Below, piece after piece: positions 1 to 8,615 of a stretch of DNA of 54,357 bases (positions are counted from its first letter, which is position 1; the number at the start of each line of letters is the position of its first letter). This DNA comes from Acidobacteriota bacterium (GTDB taxonomy: Bacteria; Acidobacteriota; UBA6911). The translations under genes and the position numbers were made by a program. The notes under the pieces were generated by a model. It saw only the letters and a list, made by a program, of their open reading frames with translations. It was not told the DNA's origin and searched no databases. The stretch covers positions 1-54,357 of the forward strand of contig QHZE01000460.1 of the NCBI GenBank assembly GCA_003225335.1, in the 5' to 3' direction.

Positions 1-652
1 GATCTCGTTGGAGAACACACATAACATGGCCGGCGGAACGGTATACAGCCCGGAGCAGATCGATGATATCTGCGACCATGCGCACGAGGCCGGTCTCCCC
101 GTCCACCTCGACGGGGCTCGGATCTTCAATGCCGCCGTGGCGCTCGGGACGGACGTGGCGCGGCTTTGCCGTCCTTGCGATTCCGTCATGTTCTGCCTTT
201 CAAAGGGACTGGCGGCGCCCGTGGGCTCGATGCTGCTCGGATCAGCGGAATTCATAGAACGCGCTCGCAGTATACGCAAAATGCTCGGCGGGGGAATGCG
301 GCAGGCGGGAATCCTCGCGGCGGCAGGACTGATCGCCTTGGAGAAAATGCCGGGCAGGCTTTCAGAAGACCACGAGAACGCCCGGCTCCTCGCCGGGCTT
401 CTAAGCGAGATCCCGGTGCTGGACGTGGAACCGCGTAAGGTCGCCACCAACATCGTCATAGTCCGTATTTCCCGCACCGGAATGGACAGCGGCGCGCTCG
501 GGGGCCTGCTGAAAGGGCAAGGACTTCTGGTGGGCACAGTGGATCCCCAGACCATCCGTCTCCTTACGCACCTGGATGTCTCCCGCGACCAGATCCACGA
601 GGCGGCGCAAACATTCAAGCACGTTTTAGAGAATGCTGTAATGCGTCGGTAG
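1..652 (+). CDS. ltaE: Low-specificity L-threonine aldolase (5' end outside window)
   Basis: ENTHN..GG, HLDGARIFNA and CLSKGL.APVGS (PLP lysine) motifs, plus GGGMRQAG. Confidence 0.92.
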   Translation, partial: ISLENTHNMAGGTVYSPEQIDDICDHAHEAGLPVHLDGARIFNAAVALGTDVARLCRPCDSVMFCLSKGLAAPVGSMLLGSAEFIERARSIRKMLGGGMRQAGILAAAGLIALEKMPGRLSEDHENARLLAGLLSEIPVLDVEPRKVATNIVIVRISRTGMDSGALGGLLKGQGLLVGTVDPQTIRLLTHLDVSRDQIHEAAQTFKHVLENAVMRR

Positions 653-674
653 CTGTGAATAAATCGGCATCCGC

Positions 675-752
675 GTAGGGGGGACCCTATGTGGTCGCCC
701 GCCCGGCCAATCATACCGGGACTCGCGGTCGGCCACGCAGGACCGCCCCTAC
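675..752. repeat. GTAG-type REP doublet
   Basis: GTAGGGGGGACCCTATGTGGTCGCC (675-699) and an inverted copy GGTCGGCCACGCAGGACCGCCCCTAC (727-752). Confidence 0.75.
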
Positions 753-873
753 AAGATGTGGGTTTTTTTCAACACGTCCCCCAGTCATAGGGCGTGACTG
801 TCAAACTAGGACGCGGATGAACGCCGATCACGCGGACCGAACCCGAAGTTAGGATAACAAGATGGAAGGCATA

Positions 874-982
874 GACAGGATAACAGGATGGACGGGATGG
901 ACGCAGGATCGAGAGGTGTCACCCCGTCCCCCCCATCCGGTAGATCCTGTAATCCTGTCCGAGAAAATCCTGTCATCCTGTC
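874..982. repeat. GACAGGAT-family tandem-repeat hairpin
   Basis: GACAGGATAACAGGATGGACGGGATGG ... ATCCTGTAATCCTGTC ... ATCCTGTCATCCTGTC form inverted arms. Confidence 0.75.
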
Positions 983-995
983 GACTCGAAATCGC

Positions 996-2135
996 ATGAA
1001 CCTGGAATTTGACGAGGAACAAGGAATTCTGCGCCAGACGGTGCGGGAATTTGCCGAAGCTGAAATAGCGCCGCACAGTATGGAGTGGGATGAAGCGCAG
1101 CGCTTTCCGCTGGAAATTGTTCCCAAGCTCGCCGAGCTGGGGATCATGGGAGTGATCTTTCCGCCAGAGCTCGGCGGCAGCGGTCTCACGCATATCGACA
1201 ACGTGATCGTTGTGGAAGAATTGGCGAGAGTGGACGGGTCGATTGCCCTGTTCGTCTCGGCGCACAACTCGCTGTGCACATCCCATATTTTCATGGCCGG
1301 CAACGAGGAGCAGAGGCGCCGTTTCGTGCCCCCTCTTGCCTCGGGAGCGAAGATAGGGGCTTGGGGGCTCACCGAATCCGGCGCAGGAAGCGACGCGGGC
1401 GGCACGCAGACCACCGCGGTCAAGGATGGCAACCATTACGTCCTGAATGGATCGAAGAATTTCATCACCAACGCTTCCATAGCCGACATCTTCGTCCTCA
1501 TGGCCGTAACCACCAAGGGAGCCGGCAGCAGGGGAATATCCGCTTTCATTATCGAAAAGGGAACGCCGGGATTCTCGGCCGGAAAGAAGGAGAACAAGCT
1601 TGGCTTGCGCGCGAGCGACACCGCCAGCGTAATTCTCGAAGAGTGCAGGATTCCCAGGGAGAATCTGCTGGGCAAAGAGGGACAGGGCTTTGTCGATTCC
1701 CTTCGAGTGTTGGACGGCGGCAGAATCTCCATCGCCGCGCTCGCCGTGGGAATGGCTCAGGGCGCTTATGAAGCCTCTTTGAGATATGCCAAGGAGAGGA
1801 AACAGTTCGGCAAGCGGATAGCGGAATTTCAGGCGATCCAGTTCAAGCTGGCGGACATGGCCACGGAGATCGAGGCGGCTCGCCTCCTGACCCTGAAGGC
1901 TGCAGATCTCAAGCACAGAGCGGTCCGATCGACCAAAGAGTCCTCGATGGCGAAGCTCCTCTCCGCAGAAGTAGCCGTGCGAGTCGCAAACGAGGCCGTT
2001 CAGATTCACGGCGGCTACGGTTTCATCAAGGATTTCCCTGTGGAGAAGTACTACCGCGATGTCAAACTGTGCACGATCGGGGAAGGAACAAGCGAAATAC
2101 AGCGCATGGTGATTGCCCGGCAGATCCTCGAATAA
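996..2135 (+). CDS. Acyl-CoA dehydrogenase (short/branched-chain type)
   Basis: [44 protein letters not shown]. Start moved to ATG 996 because the upstream ORF extension is repeat DNA. Confidence 0.93.
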   Translation: MNLEFDEEQGILRQTVREFAEAEIAPHSMEWDEAQRFPLEIVPKLAELGIMGVIFPPELGGSGLTHIDNVIVVEELARVDGSIALFVSAHNSLCTSHIFMAGNEEQRRRFVPPLASGAKIGAWGLTESGAGSDAGGTQTTAVKDGNHYVLNGSKNFITNASIADIFVLMAVTTKGAGSRGISAFIIEKGTPGFSAGKKENKLGLRASDTASVILEECRIPRENLLGKEGQGFVDSLRVLDGGRISIAALAVGMAQGAYEASLRYAKERKQFGKRIAEFQAIQFKLADMATEIEAARLLTLKAADLKHRAVRSTKESSMAKLLSAEVAVRVANEAVQIHGGYGFIKDFPVEKYYRDVKLCTIGEGTSEIQRMVIARQILE

Positions 2136-2154
2136 TTATCCCTTCGATCCCACT

Positions 2155-3135
2155 ATGCTCCGGTCCGGCCCTAAGGATCCAGCGGTTGACCCTCGAATGC
2201 TGGAAAGGATACTCTCCGGGGACTTCCGTTCGGTGGCGCGCTTGCTGACGTGGGTGGAGAACGAAATTCCGGCAGCGACGGCGTATTTGCGCGAGCTGTT
2301 CTCGTACACGGGACGCTGCTTCGTCGCAGGAGTTACCGGCCCTCCCGGTTCCGGCAAGAGCACTCTCGTAGACCGCCTGGCGGCATATTATCGTGTCAAC
2401 GGCAAACGGTTAGGCATCCTTGCCGTAGATCCCACGAGCCCGTTTTCCGGGGGCGCAATCCTTGGAGACCGGATACGCATGCAGTCCCGTAGTGTGGATC
2501 CTGGTACATTCATCCGCAGCATGGCGACACGCGGTCACCTGGGAGGTCTGGCCCGATCGACATCCGACGCTCTGTTGGTACTGGACGCAGCCGGTTTTGA
2601 TACGGTGCTCGTTGAGACGGTGGGTGTTGGCCAGGATGAAGTGGAAATTGCCCGGACAGCGCACGTGACTCTCGTCCTTCTGGTTCCCGGGATGGGCGAT
2701 GATGTCCAGGCTATGAAGGCCGGCATCATGGAGATTGGCGATATCTTTGTAATCAACAAGGCCGACCGTCCCGGGGTCGAACGTGTGGAGACCCAAGTGA
2801 AGACCCTGCTTGCACTGGCGCGCAGGTCAGACGGTTGGGAGATGCCGGTTGTACGAACGATCGCGTCCGAAGATGCGGGCACACAGGAATGTGTGCAAGC
2901 AATTGAGAAATATCGCGATTTTTTGCGAGCCTCCGAAATTCAAAAGAGCCGCTCCGTCGAAGTCGAGAGGGAACGGCTCCTGGATCTCGTCCGTTCGCGC
3001 TCAGTGCAGCGGCTGCTTGTGGATCAGCGCATGGCGGCAAAGCTGGACGAACTGGCGCAGCGGGTCGCAGACCGGCAGGTGGATCCTTATTCCGCGGCGG
3101 AAGAGCTCTTGCGAGGTTTGGAGGTCAAGCTTTAG
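2155..3135 (+). CDS. meaB: Methylmalonyl-CoA mutase-associated GTPase MeaB
   Basis: GPPGSGKST, VDPTSPFSGGAILGDRIRM, ETVGVGQDE, INKAD. Start could be 2155 or 2197. Confidence 0.93.
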   Translation: MLRSGPKDPAVDPRMLERILSGDFRSVARLLTWVENEIPAATAYLRELFSYTGRCFVAGVTGPPGSGKSTLVDRLAAYYRVNGKRLGILAVDPTSPFSGGAILGDRIRMQSRSVDPGTFIRSMATRGHLGGLARSTSDALLVLDAAGFDTVLVETVGVGQDEVEIARTAHVTLVLLVPGMGDDVQAMKAGIMEIGDIFVINKADRPGVERVETQVKTLLALARRSDGWEMPVVRTIASEDAGTQECVQAIEKYRDFLRASEIQKSRSVEVERERLLDLVRSRSVQRLLVDQRMAAKLDELAQRVADRQVDPYSAAEELLRGLEVKL

Positions 3136-3163
3136 CTTGCAGCCTGAAGGCTGAACTCCAAAC
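3116..3163. repeat. GGAG-type REP doublet overlapping the meaB stop
   Basis: GTTTGGAGGTCAAGCTTTAGCTTGCAGCCTGAAGGCTGAACTCCAAAC; same family as 33661-33805. Confidence 0.75.
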
Positions 3164-3197
3164 CCGACAGATTACTCCAGATCACAGGAGTGAGGCG

Positions 3198-3608
3198 GTG
3201 TATCTCAAAATCGACCACATCGGGATCGCCGTGCGGTCCCTGGAAGCTGCCCTGAAGGTCTACTGCCAGGGATTCGGTTTGCGGACAGACCACGTCGAAG
3301 AGGTTGCGGATCAGAAAGCACGTGTGGCCACGTTGCCGGTAGGTGAAACCCGGCTGGAGCTTCTCGAAGCCATGGAAGAGGATTCACCGGTTGGCAAGTT
3401 CATCGCCAGGCGTGGAGAAGGCCTGCATCATATCTGCTTCCGGGTGGAGAATCTGGAAGAGGAATTGAAGAAATTAAAAGCGGCGGGCGTGAGGCTGATC
3501 GACGAAATGCCGCGTCCGGGCGCCAGGGACTGCCTGGTGGCCTTCATTCACCCGTCCAGTACGGGTGGAGTGCTGGTCGAGCTCTCGCAGTCGAACTCCA
3601 CAAAATGA
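3198..3608 (+). CDS. mce: Methylmalonyl-CoA epimerase
   Basis: IDHIGIAV, GEGLHHICF, AFIHP..TGGVLVEL. GTG start with AGGAG/GAGG upstream; adjacent to meaB. Confidence 0.93.
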   Translation: MYLKIDHIGIAVRSLEAALKVYCQGFGLRTDHVEEVADQKARVATLPVGETRLELLEAMEEDSPVGKFIARRGEGLHHICFRVENLEEELKKLKAAGVRLIDEMPRPGARDCLVAFIHPSSTGGVLVELSQSNSTK

Positions 3609-3788
3609 AAACCACCGATGAACACAGATGAACACAGAGCAACGCAGCCGCAACCCAAAAAATCTCACCACGAAGACACGAAGAAATCCTTTGCGATTCT
3701 TCGCGTCTTCGTGTCTTCGTGGTGAATAGGATGGAATTTGCAGTCGTGCAATTTGTCATTTTTCATTTGTCATTGGTCATTGTTCATT
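3599..3788 (+). repeat. Composite intergenic repeat (modules A-B-C-D)
   Basis: CACAAAATGAAAACCACCGATGAACACAGATGAACACAGA + GCAGCCGCAACCCAAA + CACCACGAAGACACGAAG..CTTCGTGTCTTCGTGGTG + TTTGTCA/TTGGTCA heptamers. Confidence 0.85.
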
Positions 3789-3806
3789 CGCAAAAATAAG
3801 GGTTCT

Positions 3807-4670
3807 ATGGAACAGGTGAGAATCGGAGTCATCGGAGGCAGCGGGTTGTACGATATGGAGGGAATTGCCGACCGATCAGAGCTCTCCATGGGGACACCGT
3901 TTGGGACGCCTTCCGACGCGTTCGTTCTCGGAACCCTGGAGGGGAAGCGCGTGGCGTTTCTCGCCCGGCACGGAAGAGGCCACCGGATCCTTCCGAGCGA
4001 GTTGAACTTTCGCGCCAACATCTACGCAATGAAGATGCTGGGTGTCGAGAGAATCCTGTCGGCGAGTGCCGTAGGATCCCTCAAACAGGAACTGGCGCCG
4101 CTGGACATTGTTCTACCGGATCAGTTCCTCGATCGAACTAGCGGGCGCATTTCCACGTTCTTTGGCGAAGGTCTCGTGGCGCACGTTTCCTTCGCCGATC
4201 CTGTCTGCCCGGAACTGATGGATCGCGTCTACCGCGCCGCGGCGGCAATCGGGATCGGCGCGAAAAAGGGGGGCACGTACGTGTGCATGGAAGGCCCGGC
4301 CTTTTCGACCAAGGCGGAATCGCACCTGTACCGGAAGTGGGGGATGGATCTCATCGGCATGACAAATCTGCAAGAGGCCAAGCTGGCTCGGGAAGCGGAG
4401 ATCTGCTACCTCACGATCGCGCTCGTGACGGATTATGACTGCTGGCACGAAGCTCACGAATCGGTGACGGCCGAAATGATTATTTCAAACTTGCAGCAAA
4501 ACAGCCGGAATGCGCAGGCCATTATCCGGCAGACGGTGCGCGACCTGCCGGACGCACGGCTATGCAAATGCAGCGAGGCCCTCAAACACGCCTTGGTCAC
4601 AGACAGACGGGCCGTCCCGGCGCAGACGCGCAAGAAGCTTGAGCACATTGTGGGCAACTACCTTTCGTAA
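3807..4670 (+). CDS. mtnP: S-methyl-5'-thioadenosine phosphorylase
   Basis: IGVIGGSG, FLARHG.GH, MEGPAFSTKAES, GMTN, VTDYDCW. Start ATG 3807. Confidence 0.93.
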   Translation: MEQVRIGVIGGSGLYDMEGIADRSELSMGTPFGTPSDAFVLGTLEGKRVAFLARHGRGHRILPSELNFRANIYAMKMLGVERILSASAVGSLKQELAPLDIVLPDQFLDRTSGRISTFFGEGLVAHVSFADPVCPELMDRVYRAAAAIGIGAKKGGTYVCMEGPAFSTKAESHLYRKWGMDLIGMTNLQEAKLAREAEICYLTIALVTDYDCWHEAHESVTAEMIISNLQQNSRNAQAIIRQTVRDLPDARLCKCSEALKHALVTDRRAVPAQTRKKLEHIVGNYLS

Positions 4671-4680
4671 GGGGCGAAGC

Positions 4681-5589
4681 ATGAGGATTCTCGTCGTAGG
4701 TTCCGTGGCTTTGGATACGGTGAGGACACCCTTCGGATTTCGGGAGGAAATCCTGGGAGGTTCGGCGACCTATTTCAGCCTCGCCGCCAGCTACTTCACC
4801 GGCGTGAGCATAGTGGCAGTCGTCGGACAGGATTTCCCTGAGGAGCATATCGATTTTTTTCACCGAAAAGGGATCGACACTTCAGGCCTTGAACGGCAAA
4901 GCGGGAGGACCTTCCGTTGGAAGGGCGAATATGGTTTCGACCTCAACGCCGCCAGAACTCTGGATACCCAGCTCAATGTCTTCGGCAGTTTTAACCCCAG
5001 AGTCCGCGAGGAGCATCGGACTTTGAAGTTTGTGTTTCTCGGCAACATCGATCCGGACCTTCAGAGGTCGGTCCTGGAACAGATGGAACGTCCAACGCTG
5101 GTTGCCTGCGACACCATGAACTACTGGATAGAGCACAAGCGGGAGTCGTTGAAAAGGACACTCTCACAGATCGATATCCTCCTTATCAACGATGCTGAAA
5201 CGCGTCAACTGGCCGAAGAGACCAGTCTGATGAAAGCGGGACGCATTGTGCTGTCGTGGGGACCCAAGACGCTCGTGATCAAGCGCGGGGAGTACGGGGT
5301 CCTCATGCTGAGCTCAAAGTCCACATTCGGGGCGCCGGCCTTTCCGCTCGAAGACGTATCCGATCCAACTGGCGCCGGGGACTCTTTTGCGGGCGGGTTT
5401 TTGGGCTATTTGGCCGCGTGCGGGGCGACAGATGACTCTTCCTTGCGGAGGGCTATTGTTTACGGTTCCGTTATGGCATCCTTTAACGTCGGCGAGTTCG
5501 GTCCCGACCGTCTCGGCTCTCTGACGTATCCGGAAATCGAAGGGCGCTATCGGGAATTCAAGAAGATCACGCACTTTGATGACATTTAG
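4681..5589 (+). CDS. PfkB-family carbohydrate/nucleoside kinase
   Basis: VVGSVALD, GGSA and DPTGAGDSFAGG PfkB signature. Confidence 0.9.
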   Translation: MRILVVGSVALDTVRTPFGFREEILGGSATYFSLAASYFTGVSIVAVVGQDFPEEHIDFFHRKGIDTSGLERQSGRTFRWKGEYGFDLNAARTLDTQLNVFGSFNPRVREEHRTLKFVFLGNIDPDLQRSVLEQMERPTLVACDTMNYWIEHKRESLKRTLSQIDILLINDAETRQLAEETSLMKAGRIVLSWGPKTLVIKRGEYGVLMLSSKSTFGAPAFPLEDVSDPTGAGDSFAGGFLGYLAACGATDDSSLRRAIVYGSVMASFNVGEFGPDRLGSLTYPEIEGRYREFKKITHFDDI

Positions 5590-5611
5590 CAGAAGATTGA
5601 ACCGCGTATTA

Positions 5612-7058
5612 ATGCGGGCATTCGCCAGGCATGCCCACCACCTCGAAAGGCCGCGAAAGCTCCACCGGCGCCAGAATGGCGCCCTGATAACACTGCTTTT
5701 CGTTCTCGCCCAGCCCGCCGCTCATTCCCAGGGCAAGAAACTCAGCACAGAGGATGACGCGAAGATCTGGGGTGAGGCCAGGGGCTGGTTCAAGAAGGGG
5801 GAGGCATTGATTGGAACACCCAAAGAAAACAGCGACGAGCAGGCTGCATTCTTTCGCAAGGCACTGGAAGGCGGCGGCGGAGTTTGAAAAGGTACTTAAA
5901 CTCGATCCGAAGTTTGAAGGAGTTCATTTCTTGCTGGCATCCGCGTACAAATCCCTGGGCGATAGCGGCGCGGCAATCGCGGCGCTCGATGCGGGCCTTC
6001 GAAACAAGCCTAAAGACCTGGAAATGCTCAGGGCCCTGGCGTATCTGCAAATGGGGACCCGCGATGAGATGTCGGCGCTGCCCACTCTGCAACGTATTCT
6101 GGAACTCGCGCCCGCCGATCCCGGCGCCTCGATGGATCTCGCGTTGCTGTATCAGAAAAGCGGCAAGCTGGACGAAGCCCTGTTACGCTATCAGGATGTG
6201 CTTCTCCTCGATACCGGAAACTTTGCTGCGCATTACAACCTTGCGCTCATATACTGGAAGCTAAAGAAGTTCGCCAGCGCTACGGAAGAGTTGGAGCTGT
6301 GCGCTCGACAGGCGCCGGAAAACATGGATGTCCTGGAACAACTGGGCGACTTCTATGCCTTCCAAAACCAGCACGCCAAAGCCGTCGAAGCCTACAACAA
6401 GGCTCTGGCGAAAGCTCCGGCGCGCGCGTCCCTCTACTCCAAATCCGGATTCAGCCTGGCAAGCTTGAACAGGGATGACGAGGCAATTGCGGCTCTTGAA
6501 AAGGCGGTTCAGATGGATAACACCAAGGCAGAATCGCTCTATCTTCTCGGAGATCTTTACGCGGACGTGAAAAAGTACGATGAATGCATCGCAGCCTATA
6601 AGCGCGCCCTGGAACTGAATCCTCGCTTGAAGGAAGTTCATTACAATCTTGGGACGGTTTACGCAGAACGGCAGCAACTGGAAGATGCCGCGGCTGAGCT
6701 CAAGGCTGCGGTACGGCTGGATCCCGAGTACGCCTCAGCCTGGTCGAATCTGGCCATTGTGAGCGAGAAACTCGGCCTCGATGACGCCGCGATAGAGGCG
6801 TACAGGAAGGTGATCGCCCTGGGCAAGGGCCAGGCCAGCAACTACTTCCGTCTCGGGATCCTGTACGCCAAGAGGAACATGGGCGACCAGGCCGTAACAA
6901 ACCTCGCAAGGGCCATCGAGCTCGATCCCGAAACGTACCGTCAGATTCTTCGGGAGGAGATCAAGAAGGTACACTCCGCCCTCGACAGCATCCGGTATAC
7001 CGAGCCTTTCGCGCGGCTGCTGACCGGCCCGCCCCCCGCGCCTCCCCCACATCCGTAA
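5612..7058 (+). pseudogene. Exported TPR-repeat protein, frameshifted near 5870
   Basis: The signal-peptide-like N-terminal ORF (ends 5887) and the multi-TPR ORF (ends 7058) are in different frames, and the join lacks most of one TPR unit. Confidence 0.65.
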
Positions 7059-7244
7059 CAAATGACAAATCACAAATGAACAGTGACAAATAGAAGTCAG
7101 AAGTCCGGACAACGAACTGCGATTTGTCATTTTTCATTGGTCATTTGCCAAATCTCTCTCTGCGGGATCTGCGTCTCTGCGGTGAGATTTTTGGGTTGCG
7201 GCTATGCCGCGCCAGGTGCATCTGGGTTCATCTGTGGTCTGATC
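7057..7244 (-). repeat. Composite intergenic repeat (A-B-C-D on minus strand)
   Basis: Minus strand reads ACCACAGATGAACCCAGATG + GCGCGGCATAGCCGCAACCCAAAAA + TCACCGCAGAGACGCAG + AATGAC-heptamer hairpin. Confidence 0.85.
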
Positions 7245-7255
7245 TTGTGCAGTTT

Positions 7256-8572
7256 CTAACGTATCTCGAAAGAGGTGGCGGTCTCGTGGAAGACTTCACC
7301 TGTCACCGGGTCAAGCACTCTGGATTTGAGTACGTAGGTGCCTGCCGGGAGGTTCCGGGTCACTTTGAACGGGTCCAGTGGCTGCAGCTCCACATAGGAA
7401 CCAGGCGTCAGCGCCAGCGAACCGTCGGCACCCAGAGAAAAAACGGCTATTGGATTCAGGCTGGGGGCCTCCAGCCATACTTTTGCCTCAATGGTTGCCG
7501 GCGCAGCGCCCTGATTGATGATTCTGTACGAGGCCAACGAGACCGTATCGCCTGAGATGTACTTGGGACTGGCGACCTGGCAATCAACCGCCAGCGAAGG
7601 CATCCGATCATTTCGAACCAGAGGCGACTTTTCGGATGACATGGCCAGAGTGAATGACTTGACCGTCTCCCCGACGATCTCTCCGGTCACGGGATCGAGT
7701 ATGCGTGCGCTGAATTGCGCTTTCCCGCCGAGCATTCCGGGGGAAACGCGCAGCTCAACAGGCCCATACTCTTCGTCCAACCCCGGAGGGAGAACATAAA
7801 GCCCGTCGGCTCCCACGTTCCCCACAGATACGGGATTGACTCCAGGACCGGACATCCAGGTCTTCAACTCCACGCTCTGGCTCGAGTTTGACGGGTTGGA
7901 AACCCGGTAGCCGCTGACGCCAACGGTTTCGCCGGCGCCGTAGCTGTCCTTGCTCATTTGAATGTCGACGATCGCCATGCGCGCGTTTGGCTTGGACTCC
8001 GCCGCCTTGACGATCGCCTGTTCTATCCAACTTCCTTCCTCCGCTTCGGCCTCTTGCGCCGCTGCGTCCGAGGCTGTCGCACCGCCTGCGCCTGAAGCGA
8101 CACCGGAGTGGGCAGTACCCTCTCCCACCAGATAGGGAACATGCTGCGTTTGTTGCGTCTGGCTGACGGTGGTTTGGGGCGGTTCGGTGCGCGTGAATTG
8201 ACGTGATTGCCCGAAGGAAGCCTGGCTCAGGTACGCGAAGGAAAGCAGCAGCGAGGCCGCAATCCTAAGACCGATGCTCGCTTTGGCTTCCACCACGCGC
8301 AGCCCAACGTGGATGCGGTCGGTGTCGCGGCCGCGCCCAATCCACTGCACGGTGGCGTTGGCTCGGAACCTGCCGCCACTTGATACCGTAACAAGCAAAC
8401 CTTGGGTCAGTACATCCTGCTCCAGGATGACGCCCAGACCCGCCCGGCTGAAGTCGCAGCTCTCGCCGGCAATCCTGAACGGTCTGCCCTCGCGGCTGGT
8501 TCCCGTCAGCACAACCGGGAGGTGCAGCTTCGCTCTGACATTCTTTCTTGTAGTGGCTGCACTGTCGGTCAT
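7256..8572 (-). CDS. PilZ-domain membrane protein with two tandem C-terminal beta-rich repeats
   Basis: RKNVR (RxxxR) and DFSRAG (DxSxxG), a hydrophobic segment IAASLLLSFAYL, then two repeats each containing GADG and R(I/V)LDPVTGE. Confidence 0.7.
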   Translation of the reverse strand: MTDSAATTRKNVRAKLHLPVVLTGTSREGRPFRIAGESCDFSRAGLGVILEQDVLTQGLLVTVSSGGRFRANATVQWIGRGRDTDRIHVGLRVVEAKASIGLRIAASLLLSFAYLSQASFGQSRQFTRTEPPQTTVSQTQQTQHVPYLVGEGTAHSGVASGAGGATASDAAAQEAEAEEGSWIEQAIVKAAESKPNARMAIVDIQMSKDSYGAGETVGVSGYRVSNPSNSSQSVELKTWMSGPGVNPVSVGNVGADGLYVLPPGLDEEYGPVELRVSPGMLGGKAQFSARILDPVTGEIVGETVKSFTLAMSSEKSPLVRNDRMPSLAVDCQVASPKYISGDTVSLASYRIINQGAAPATIEAKVWLEAPSLNPIAVFSLGADGSLALTPGSYVELQPLDPFKVTRNLPAGTYVLKSRVLDPVTGEVFHETATSFEIR

Positions 8573-8615
8573 CGTGTCATCCCTCCCGTCAAGCCCTGGC
8601 GCCGTAAATGCCTCT

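Noticed and set aside
3738-3806. N-terminal ORF extensions such as FFICHWS and FICVHLW on mtnP, mutL, accA, the MBL hydrolase and the acyl-CoA dehydrogenase
   Set aside because: These are translations of the intergenic repeats; the conserved proteins start downstream.
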